Assembly (NCBI RefSeq): GCF_900167395.1
Contig: NZ_FUWK01000012.1
Coordinates: forward strand, 1 to 32,000
Direction of reading: 5' to 3'
Origin: Nitrosomonas europaea
Lineage (GTDB): Bacteria; Pseudomonadota; Gammaproteobacteria; Burkholderiales; Nitrosomonadaceae
Length of the DNA stretch: 32,000 bases
In this document: piece after piece, positions 1 through 7,117 of the stretch
Layout: each line of letters opens with the position of its first letter
Position numbering within the stretch: position 1 is the first letter of the stretch
Program-made: the position numbers and the translations under genes
The notes under the pieces: generated by a model
What the model saw: the letters and a program-made list of their open reading frames with translations, nothing else
What the model was told of the DNA's origin: nothing
Databases searched by the model: none

Positions 1-279
1 ACTATCCAGCGACATGTGATCCACTTCCAGCTGTATCAGCTTGTTTTGCTGAAGCGCGAGGAAAACCCGATCCAGGACGCCATTCCTGGCCCAACGGTTG
101 GCGCGCGTGTAAATGCTGTGCCAATTGCCGAATTTCACAGGCAGACCACGCCACTTACAGCCGTGCTCTGCAACATACAGAATCGCGTTGAGCACTTCCA
201 AATTCGAAAGTGTGACGTTACCCCGTTGTATCGGCAGTAGATTTTCAATAAGCTTGAATTGCGATGCGGATATTTCCAT
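1..279 (-). CDS. IS5-family (DDE) transposase, N-terminal 93 codons, partial at window edge
   Basis: Minus-strand ATG at 279-277, open down to position 1 with no stop, so it is absent from the ORF track. My translation: MEISASQFKLIENLLPIQRGNVTLSNLEVLNAILYVAEHGCKWRGLPVKFGNWHSIYTRANRWARNGVLDRVFLALQQNKLIQLEVDHMSLDS. The LNAILYV..GC.WR.LP..FG.W..Y.R..RW...G pattern is the conserved N-terminal region of IS5-family transposases. The terminal SLDS is where the first DDE aspartate normally lies. Confidence 0.85.
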   Translation of the reverse strand, partial: MEISASQFKLIENLLPIQRGNVTLSNLEVLNAILYVAEHGCKWRGLPVKFGNWHSIYTRANRWARNGVLDRVFLALQQNKLIQLEVDHMSLDS

Positions 280-313
280 TCGGTAATTTTAATACAAATA
301 GTGTTAACAGACC
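1..313 (-). mobile_element. IS5-family insertion sequence, transposase-proximal end (element continues beyond the window start)
   Basis: Contains the 5' part of an IS5-type transposase gene (1-279, minus). The proposed terminus is near 313. The minus strand reads GGTCTGTTAACACTATTTG... directly after CTAA/TTAG (314-317), a YTAR-type tetranucleotide preferred by IS5-group elements. The terminus is inferred. The other end is outside the window, so the inverted repeat and target duplication cannot be confirmed. Confidence 0.6.
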
Positions 314-390
314 CTAAGAAATGGTTGTTTCTTCTCATGGTACAGAAGCCCTCTCAGAACTTTCATCCTTTGGGCAACGACCAATATTGA
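314..390 (+). pseudogene. Possible 3' remnant of a FecI-type ECF sigma factor gene, truncated by the IS
   Basis: The frame ending at TGA 388-390 overlaps the fecR ATG (TGATG) and reads PKKWLFLLMVQKPSQNFHPLGNDQY*. The KK-aromatic-hydrophobic stretch weakly resembles the end of region 4.2 of FecI (E. coli FecI ends ...SSVKKYVAKAVEHCLLFRLEYGL). The similarity is weak and the call rests mainly on context. Confidence 0.3.
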
Positions 391-1400
391 TGAACTCGAC
401 ACGCAACATCACAGAAGAACTACCGGAAACCATTCTGGAAGAAGCGGCGATCTGGCAAGCACGGCTGCAGCATGGTGAAACGGATATCGAACTTCAGAAA
501 GCCTTCAACATCTGGCTTGCGGCTGATGCACGCCATCGGCAGGCCTATGAGGAAATGGAATCACTCTGGGGAGCGCTGGAGACCCCGGTAACACAGCTCA
601 TGGCTGAACAGTCTGATCATACCTTTGCCGCAAAAACCGTTCCCCTCCACAAGTTGCGGCAGCGATCCTTGGGACGCGGGTTCCAGTGTCTGGCTCTGGC
701 TGCCTGCCTGGTACTGGCCATTGTCATTGGCTGGCAACAGGACTGGGTTACCCGCTGGCAAAGCGATTACATGACTGTCATTGGTCAAGAAACGTCTTTT
801 CTGATGGCAGACAACAGCCGCATCACGCTCAATACCGACAGTGCCTTGGCAGTTGATTTCACGGCGGAACGACGACAGGTACGCCTGCTCAAGGGAGAAG
901 CCTGGTTTGAAGTGACATCAGCTGATAATCGCCCTTTCATCGTAGCGACCAGCGCGGGTTCCGTGCGAGTCACCGGCACTCGCTTCAATATCCGTTTGCA
1001 TCAGGATACCGCTATAGTCAGTCTGGACGAGGGGCAAGTGGAGTTAAGTACGCCTGACCACTCCAATAACCCGAACGGCTCACCGATTGTTCTTTTCCCT
1101 GGCCAGCAGGCTACGCTATCGCCCCAGGGTATCTCCTCACCATCGCCCTTCGATCATACTGCCATCACCGCCTGGCTCAGAAATCAGCTCGTGTTCTACG
1201 ACACGCCTCTCGCCGAGGTCGTGGACACCCTCAATCGCCATCGTCACGGCCGTATTTTTATCACCAATCAGAAACTGAAAGCCTTGAAGGTCAGTGGTGT
1301 ATTTTCCACCGACGAACCTGATACAGCACTGGATGTCATGATCAACACCCTGCCTATACATTTGCTTCGCCTGACCGATTATTTGGTACTGATCCACTGA
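390..1400 (+). CDS. fecR: FecR-type transmembrane anti-sigma factor / sigma regulator
   Basis: Start taken at MNSTRNITEELPETILEEAAIWQARL (ATG 390) rather than the track ATG at 321. It has the N-terminal anti-sigma motif (EAA.W..RL...), one TM helix (LALAACLVLAIVIGW) and a FecR periplasmic domain (ITLNTDSALAVDF...GEAWFEV...PFIV.T..G.VRVTGTRFNI). It also has the C-terminal STN-contact region (LVFYDTPLAEVVDTLNRH...VSGVF). Confidence 0.9.
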   Translation: MNSTRNITEELPETILEEAAIWQARLQHGETDIELQKAFNIWLAADARHRQAYEEMESLWGALETPVTQLMAEQSDHTFAAKTVPLHKLRQRSLGRGFQCLALAACLVLAIVIGWQQDWVTRWQSDYMTVIGQETSFLMADNSRITLNTDSALAVDFTAERRQVRLLKGEAWFEVTSADNRPFIVATSAGSVRVTGTRFNIRLHQDTAIVSLDEGQVELSTPDHSNNPNGSPIVLFPGQQATLSPQGISSPSPFDHTAITAWLRNQLVFYDTPLAEVVDTLNRHRHGRIFITNQKLKALKVSGVFSTDEPDTALDVMINTLPIHLLRLTDYLVLIH

Positions 1401-1455
1401 CGGGCGGCTCACCCACTGCTCCAAAAAATTTTCTCCCGGACTGGGGGATTCCCCT

Positions 1456-1518
1456 CTGTCATTACGTCTTATCCATAAATGTGAATCAAACGCATTTATG
1501 GATAAGACGTAATGACAG
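1456..1518. repeat. Perfect 26-bp inverted repeat with an 11-nt spacer (63 bp in total)
   Basis: CTGTCATTACGTCTTATCCATAAATG (1456-1481) is the exact reverse complement of CATTTATGGATAAGACGTAATGACAG (1493-1518), checked base by base. The loop is TGAATCAAACG. Pairing can extend to 1454/1520 (one G-U plus one G-C). The right arm runs into the GGGAG Shine-Dalgarno (1518-1522) of the receptor gene. Confidence 0.95.
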
Positions 1519-1527
1519 GGAGCACCA

Positions 1528-4010
1528 ATGAAATTCAATATAAAAAAGATAAATACTCAGATAAAACACTGCATATTGACGGCTATTATCACCGCAGTAC
1601 CGACACAAACAACATCCGTACTGGCTCAGACCGATAACCCAAACTCGTCATCCGCAACATCGCAGACAGAACAGATCTATCCATTCAATATTCCTGCCAA
1701 ACCTCTGCCTCAGGCTATTGCCGATCTTTCAGCAGTCACAGGCTTGCAGGTACTCTATACCGAACAATCTACCTTCAACCATACCGCACCTGCGCTCAAA
1801 GGGAATTACTCCGTTCGTGAAGCATTGCGACGACTGCTCGACGGTAGCGGACTGGCTGCGCGTTTTACCGGCAGCAATTCTGTAACGATCGAGCTGGCAC
1901 CGTCTGAGAGTGGGGCCATGACATTGCCACTGATGACCGTGACTGCTGACGCTGTACCTGGTGAATTGCCTCCGGCCTATGCAGGTGGTCAGGTCGCCCG
2001 CGGTGGGCAAGTCGGGATGCTCGGCAACAAGGACGTGATGGATACGCCGTTCAGCGTCATCAACTACACGAACAAGACGATCCAGGATCAACAGGCGCGG
2101 ACCGTTCAGGATGTTCTAGCGAATGTTCCGTCGATACTGACGAAACAAAACAGCGCAAGCGATGAAGACGGCTCATTAACTATTCGGGGTTTCTCGAACA
2201 CCCTGTCAGCTGGCACCGGTAGTCTGAACGGGTTGGCGGGCATGGCCCCGTTGCGGACGCCGGACATGGATTACATGGAGCGCGTCGAAGTGCTGTTGGG
2301 GCCGAGCGCCCTGCTGAACGGCATGGCGGCGTCCGGGGCAGGCGGTATCGGCGGCTCGTATAATCTCGTCACCAAGCAGGCCGGCGACGAACCGCTGACC
2401 CAGCTGACCGCGCGGTATGGCTCCCGCTCTCAGCTTGGCGCTCATCTCGATGTCGGCCGCCGCTTCGGCGCAGGGAATCAGTTCGGTATCCGCTTCAACG
2501 GCGCATACCGCAAGGGCGATACGCCGGTGGCACCTGTCTCCGCAGAAGTGGGTTTGGGGGCGCTCAATCTGGACTATCGCGGCGAGCGTGTCCGGGTATC
2601 CGCCGATATCGCGCATCAGTCGAATCATGCCAATCCTCAGATCGTACAGCAGCTCGTTGTCAGCGGTGTCGGCGGCGGCATCGTTCACGTTCCGAAAGCC
2701 CCCGACGCCAGAACCAGCCTGAATCCCACATGGAGCAAACAACCCAGCAGATTGACGGGGGCTATGCTGCGTGGCGAAGTCGACATTACCGAGACTGTCA
2801 GGCCTATGGCGCCATCGGCAAGCAGAAACTGGAACTCACACTCATGGGCCCGAACCAACCGAGGCTGCTCGATACGAGCGGGACTTATGGGTGGGCTAAC
2901 GTCGAGCACACGAATCTTTCCTGGGACGTGCTGTCCATGCAGGGTGGATTGAGGGCGAAGGCGGTGACCGGGCCGGTGAACCATGTCGTCAGCCTCAACC
3001 TGTCGCAGTCCACGATGGAGACCGGAGAGGCGCAAAGGACAACCCCGTTCACCTACACCACGAACATCTACAATCCGGTATTTGGCGCCGCCGTGTTCGC
3101 CGGTGATCCCGGCGATCCGAGGAAATTAAGCGAAACCCGCGTTTTCAGCACCGGCATCGCCGACACCTTGTCTATCCTCGACGAGCAGATCCAGTTCACC
3201 GCAGGCATCCGCTACCAGGAAGTGGATGCCAAAAGTTTCAACGGGGCGACCGGCGCCCTGACCTCCAGGTATGAAAGCGACGCATGGACTCCGGCTCTCG
3301 GGTTAGTCGTCAAGCCGTGGCAGAACGTCTTGCTCTACGCCAACTACATAGAAAATCTGGAGCGGGGAACCATTGTCGGCACGGCATTTTCGAATGCCGG
3401 CGAGATACTTGCACCCTATGTCGCCAAGCAGCACGAAGCGGGCGTCAAGGTCGATTGGGGAACGGTGACGACGACGCTGGCGGTGTTCCAGATCGCCAAG
3501 CCCAACCTGATCAGCGTTGCCGGCACGCCGCTGCCGACGCAAAAGCTCGACGGCGAGCAGCGCAATCGCGGTATCGAGCTGAACGCCTATGGCGAGCTCA
3601 TGCCCGGCGTTCGCCTGATGGGCGGGCTCACCTACATCGACGGCCAGCAGACGAAGACCCAGGGTGGTCTCTTTGACGGCAACAGGGAAGCTGGCATTCC
3701 CGTCGTGCGGACCGTGGTCGGCGGTGAGTGGGATACGCCGTTCCTGCGAGGCCTGACGCTGACCGGCCGCTTCACCTACACCGGCGATCAATTGGTCAGC
3801 AGCAACAACACCTTGAAGATCCCTTCATGGACCGTCGTCGATCTCGGCGCGCGTTATGTCGTCAACGCGGGATGGACCAACAAACCGATCACGGTCCGCT
3901 TTAATGTCGATAACGTGTTCAACAAGGACTATTGGTCGTCATCGAACTTCAGGTATGTCCAGCTCGGCGCGCCGCGCACCTTCTGGCTTTCCGCGACATT
4001 CGGCTTCTGA
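1528..4010 (+). pseudogene. FecA/FoxA-type TonB-dependent siderophore receptor with N-terminal STN signalling domain, interrupted by one frameshift
   Basis: Track ORFs 1528-2952 and 2730-4010 are two frames of a single receptor of about 827 aa. It has a signal peptide (...SVLA/QT) and an STN domain (FNIPAKPLPQAIADLSAVTGLQVLY...ALKGNYSVREALRRLLDGSGL). It also has a plug (DVMDTPFSVINYT...QDVL) and a barrel ending in the canonical ...FWLSATFGF. Receptor-like sequence leaves the first frame after ...AMLRGEVDITETV and resumes in the second frame at QAYGAIGKQKLEL, so the shift lies near 2797-2802. Confidence 0.85.
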
Positions 4011-4013
4011 GAC

Positions 4014-4280
4014 ATGTTGGTTTTTGCGGCGCTGGCGCTGACTATAGCAGGTTGTGTGTACCTTTACCTCGCCAGCCCTAATCAAAAGTGGCTGGTGCAG
4101 GCTTTGCCGGGAAGACCTGCCCTTGTGGCGGGCGGCCTACTGCTGGCGGCTGGTCTTGCCGCATGGATCACGGTATTGCGGCCCTTGGCTGGCTTCTTCG
4201 TAACGTTGCATGTTGCGATGGTCTGCCTGTTCGCCTTCCCCTACATCGCCGCGCTGCGCGGCAAAGGACGGAGGAACTGA
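4014..4280 (+). CDS. Small integral membrane protein (88 aa, about 3 TM), possibly DUF3325-like PepSY-associated protein
   Basis: ATG lies 3 nt after the receptor stop. The product is strongly hydrophobic (MLVFAALALTIAGCVYLYLASPNQKWL...) and GC-rich codon usage continues from the neighbouring genes. The family assignment is from memory of similar clusters and is not verified. Confidence 0.55.
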   Translation: MLVFAALALTIAGCVYLYLASPNQKWLVQALPGRPALVAGGLLLAAGLAAWITVLRPLAGFFVTLHVAMVCLFAFPYIAALRGKGRRN

Positions 4281-4281
4281 C

Positions 4282-4575
4282 ATGGCGAACGAAATCTGCC
4301 TCGATTGGTGGGGAAAGGCCAGCGCTGGCGCCATCCTGGGACTTGGCCTCGCGCTCTCGCTGGTCGGCCTCTACGCTTATCTGGGGCCGGGGGGCATCGA
4401 TGCGCCGGGTGGGCGCTACTCGCTGATGCGCTATCTGGAAGTGTTCGTCTGGGTCGCGGTGTTCGGCTTCTGCTTCCTGTTTCGCAGTGGACGCGCGGCT
4501 TGGGCGTGGCTCGGCGCGGCGAACCTGATCGCCTTCACGACGCTGTTTGCCTGCCGCTTCTATTTCTTCGTGTGA
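4282..4575 (+). CDS. Small integral membrane protein (97 aa, about 3 TM), possibly DUF3649-like
   Basis: Start taken at MANEICLDWWGK (ATG 4282), 1 nt after the previous stop and preceded by GGAGG (4270-4274). The C-terminal FRSGRAAWAWLGAANLI stretch resembles the ARSA.RAW motif I recall from DUF3649 proteins that sit next to PepSY genes. This is unverified. Confidence 0.55.
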   Translation: MANEICLDWWGKASAGAILGLGLALSLVGLYAYLGPGGIDAPGGRYSLMRYLEVFVWVAVFGFCFLFRSGRAAWAWLGAANLIAFTTLFACRFYFFV

Positions 4576-4582
4576 GGGCAAT

Positions 4583-6238
4583 ATGATCCGCGCTGATATC
4601 ATCAAGCTCTACAAGACTGTTCACACATGGACCGGCATTACTTGCGGCTTTGCGCTGTTCATCGCCTTCTATGCGGGCGCGCTCACGATGTTTCAGGAGC
4701 CCATCGCACGCTGGGCGTCACCGCCTGCTGTGGGGGTGGCAGCGGTTCCTTTGGACGATGCGCCCCGTCTCCTCGAATTAGTTGCCGCCGCGCATCCTGA
4801 AGCGCGGGAGGAGGGGATCAAGCTGCATCTGCGGGGATACGAGAACGAGCCCGCCCGGGTGACGTGGGAGGAGGACGAGTCACATGAGGCGGGTCAACCG
4901 CATGGACACGTCCACTGGTGGGCGACGCTCAAGCCGGACGGCTCGCTGCTGGCAAAACAGGAGGAGCCGTCCGAACTGGCGGAGTTCATCAATACAATCC
5001 ACATGCGCATCGGGATTCCAGAACCTTGGGGATCGTACTTCATGGGTGTGGTCTCGCTGCTCTACGGCGTGGCGCTGATCGCCGGCGTGATCGTACTGCT
5101 GCCGTCGCTCGTAAAGGATTTCCTTGCGCTGCGTGTCGGCAGGAACCTTAAACGCATGTGGCTGGACGCCCACAATGTCGTCGGAATTACAGCACTCCCA
5201 TTTCACATTGCGATGGCGATCACCGCGACCGCATTGAGTCTTAGCCACGAACTCTGGTCGTTGCAAGAAGCCGTTATTTTTGGCGGCAAGCAAGCAATCC
5301 TGGACGAACGCGATAATGAGCCATTTAGAGCACCAAAGCCGATCGGCGAGGCGGGTGCAATGATGGCCCCCTCACAGTTGCTTCAAAGACTCAAGGCACA
5401 GGTGCCCGATTTCGAGCCCAAAGTCATGATTTTCAAGAATATCGGAGACAAGGCCGCTTCGGTGAGAGTTGCCGGTGCCGAGCGCGGCTATGTCGGAGAT
5501 ACGCATCTTGGAGGCGTGATGCTCAGCGCTGTGACAGGCGAATTGCTCAAAGACAGCACACGTCCATCGCGTCAGGATCCGGATCGGCGCGCGTCAGAGA
5601 CATTCTACGGCCTGCATAGCGGACAGTATGAGGGTGCGACGATTACGTGGGCCTATTTCTTCCTCGGATTTTCCGGGGCATGGTTGTTCTATTCGGGCAA
5701 CTTGCTGTGGATCGAGACACGCCGCAAGAAGGCGTGCAAGGGTGGCGAGCTACCTGAGCAGCGCCGCGATACCTACTGGCTGGGTGCTGGAACCGTGGGC
5801 GTGTGCCTCGGCTGCGTCGCAGGCCTTTCGCTTACCATTGTTGCGGCCAAGTGGCTGTATGGCCGCGTGGACGACCTCAACCACTGGCACGAATATATCT
5901 ATTACGCTGTGTTTTTTGGCTCGGTCGTATGGGCCTTTGCATGGGGCGCGGCGCGTTCTGCCGTGCATCTGTTGTGGCTTTGTGCCGCTGCGACGATGGC
6001 GATTCCGCTGACTACATTGTTGGCGGTGCTATTCCCGGCGTTGGGCATGTGGGCGCATGGCAGTGCGGCAACTATCGGGGTCGATGTGGTCGCCTTCATC
6101 GGCGCGCTGTGCTTTGCCTGGATGGCAGTCGCGACCACGCGCCGGATCAGGAACGGTCCTACTGATAGCATCTGGTCCATTCGCAAAGCCGATGGCGACA
6201 CAGTGCCGCATAAGCCTGCGGCGACCCCGGCCGAATGA
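4583..6238 (+). CDS. PepSY-associated TM-helix protein (PiuB/FoxB-like putative inner-membrane siderophore reductase)
   Basis: Start taken at MIRADIIKLYKTVHTWTGITCGFALFIAFYAGALTMF (ATG 4583, GAGGG upstream). It shows the typical PepSY_TM signature at both ends (..LH.W.G.. and FYGLHSGQYEGATITWAYFFLGFSGAWLFYSGNLLWIETRRKK). It has multiple TM helices and lies directly downstream of a siderophore receptor. Confidence 0.85.
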   Translation: MIRADIIKLYKTVHTWTGITCGFALFIAFYAGALTMFQEPIARWASPPAVGVAAVPLDDAPRLLELVAAAHPEAREEGIKLHLRGYENEPARVTWEEDESHEAGQPHGHVHWWATLKPDGSLLAKQEEPSELAEFINTIHMRIGIPEPWGSYFMGVVSLLYGVALIAGVIVLLPSLVKDFLALRVGRNLKRMWLDAHNVVGITALPFHIAMAITATALSLSHELWSLQEAVIFGGKQAILDERDNEPFRAPKPIGEAGAMMAPSQLLQRLKAQVPDFEPKVMIFKNIGDKAASVRVAGAERGYVGDTHLGGVMLSAVTGELLKDSTRPSRQDPDRRASETFYGLHSGQYEGATITWAYFFLGFSGAWLFYSGNLLWIETRRKKACKGGELPEQRRDTYWLGAGTVGVCLGCVAGLSLTIVAAKWLYGRVDDLNHWHEYIYYAVFFGSVVWAFAWGAARSAVHLLWLCAAATMAIPLTTLLAVLFPALGMWAHGSAATIGVDVVAFIGALCFAWMAVATTRRIRNGPTDSIWSIRKADGDTVPHKPAATPAE

Positions 6239-6241
6239 CCA

Positions 6242-6276
6242 TTGATGGTTCTCACGCGGAGCGTGGGAGCCATCAA
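6242..6276 (+). terminator. Candidate stem-loop terminator at the end of the GC-rich iron-uptake block
   Basis: TTGATGGTTCTCACGC-GGA-GCGTGGGAGCCATCAA forms a 16-bp stem with two G-U pairs when read as plus-strand RNA. On the minus strand these become C-A mismatches. It starts 4 nt after the PepSY stop. The T-run (TTATTTTTG) is not adjacent, so this is not a textbook intrinsic terminator. Confidence 0.35.
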
Positions 6277-6290
6277 ATTGGAGGATTCTG

Positions 6291-6989
6291 TTATTTTTGT
6301 TTGTCCGCAGCTTCTTTGGAATCTTGCTGTGATGCGCGGACTGCTTCAAGGTTTTTGATAGCTTCTTCATTGCCCTGTTCGGCCGCTTTCTCAAACCATT
6401 CGATAGCTTTGTCGGTATTCTGCTTGACACCTTCGCCCATCAGATAGATGACGCCAAGGTTGTTCTGCGCGTCGATATTTCCCTGTTCGGCAGATTTGGT
6501 AAATAGTTCGACTGCTTTGGCAGTGTCCCTGGTAACACCCTCGCCACTGAAATACAGTAGCCCGAGGTTGAACTGAGCGCCGGCATGGCCTTGTTCAGCC
6601 GCCCGGAAGAACCATCCTGCAGCTGTTTCTGGATCTTTATCCTTCACCTTCCCTTGTGCATCGCGGGAAATGGCTTCTCCGGAGAAATACATGGAACCGA
6701 GGCTGTTCTGCGCTTCTGCGTTGCCAGCCTCCGCATCCTTGCGCAGGTTCAGGAAACGTTGTTCCGGTGTGAGGCCATCATCCAGTATCGGCATGATCTG
6801 TTTCTTCAGCTCATCCTGTTCTTTATTCGACAAACCTTCTTTCAGAATCGAGGGGAGTTCGCCGACGGAAGTGGATTCATCCATCATTACGATTTCTGGT
6901 TCATCAGATGCTGTTTCACCGGTGGATTCCTTATTCCCGCAGCCGGTGGCCAGCAGGAGGGCTGTCAAAAGAACTGCGATTGTCTTCAT
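6291..6989 (-). CDS. Sel1-repeat (SLR/TPR-like) lipoprotein
   Basis: Start taken at MKTIAVLLTALLLATGCGNKE, which has a lipobox (LATGC), with AAGGAAAA upstream. There are at least three Sel1 repeats of the type AEQG...AQ.NLG..Y..GEGV..[DN]..KA..WF.KAA. Confidence 0.85.
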   Translation of the reverse strand: MKTIAVLLTALLLATGCGNKESTGETASDEPEIVMMDESTSVGELPSILKEGLSNKEQDELKKQIMPILDDGLTPEQRFLNLRKDAEAGNAEAQNSLGSMYFSGEAISRDAQGKVKDKDPETAAGWFFRAAEQGHAGAQFNLGLLYFSGEGVTRDTAKAVELFTKSAEQGNIDAQNNLGVIYLMGEGVKQNTDKAIEWFEKAAEQGNEEAIKNLEAVRASQQDSKEAADKQK

Positions 6990-7117
6990 GCTTTTTTCCT
7001 TTTCTGTTTGATTGATGATTTGACCCATCCAGTGGTATCGGTCTTGTTTTACTGATTGGTTGATATGATTGCTGTACATACTGAAGAACCGGGTATATAG
7101 GTATTTGCGAGTTTCGC

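Noticed and set aside
16-338. Track ORFs 16-240 (+) and 135-338 (-) at the window start
   Set aside because: Neither has a recognisable product. The opposite frame (1-279, minus) gives an unmistakable IS5-family transposase N-terminus, so these are shadow ORFs of that gene.
1471-1505. Fur box within the palindrome (ATAAATGTGAATCAAACGCATTTAT)
   Set aside because: Alignment to the GATAATGATAATCATTATC consensus needs a gap and gives few matches. The AT-rich dyad alone is not sufficient evidence.
2791-2803. Programmed -1 ribosomal frameshift in the receptor gene
   Set aside because: There is no slippery X-XXY-YYZ heptamer, homopolymer or obvious downstream structure at the shift site. A mutation or sequencing error is more likely.
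2206-6430. Many long alternative-frame and antisense ORFs in the GC-rich block (for example 2206-2742-, 3284-3676+, 3303-3791-, 4088-4426+, 4168-4605-, 5628-6011+, 5803-6165+, 5902-6276-, 6029-6430-)
   Set aside because: They are Arg/Ala/Pro/Gly-rich low-complexity translations, typical of stop-poor off-frames in high-GC DNA. All of them overlap frames that have clear receptor or PepSY homology.
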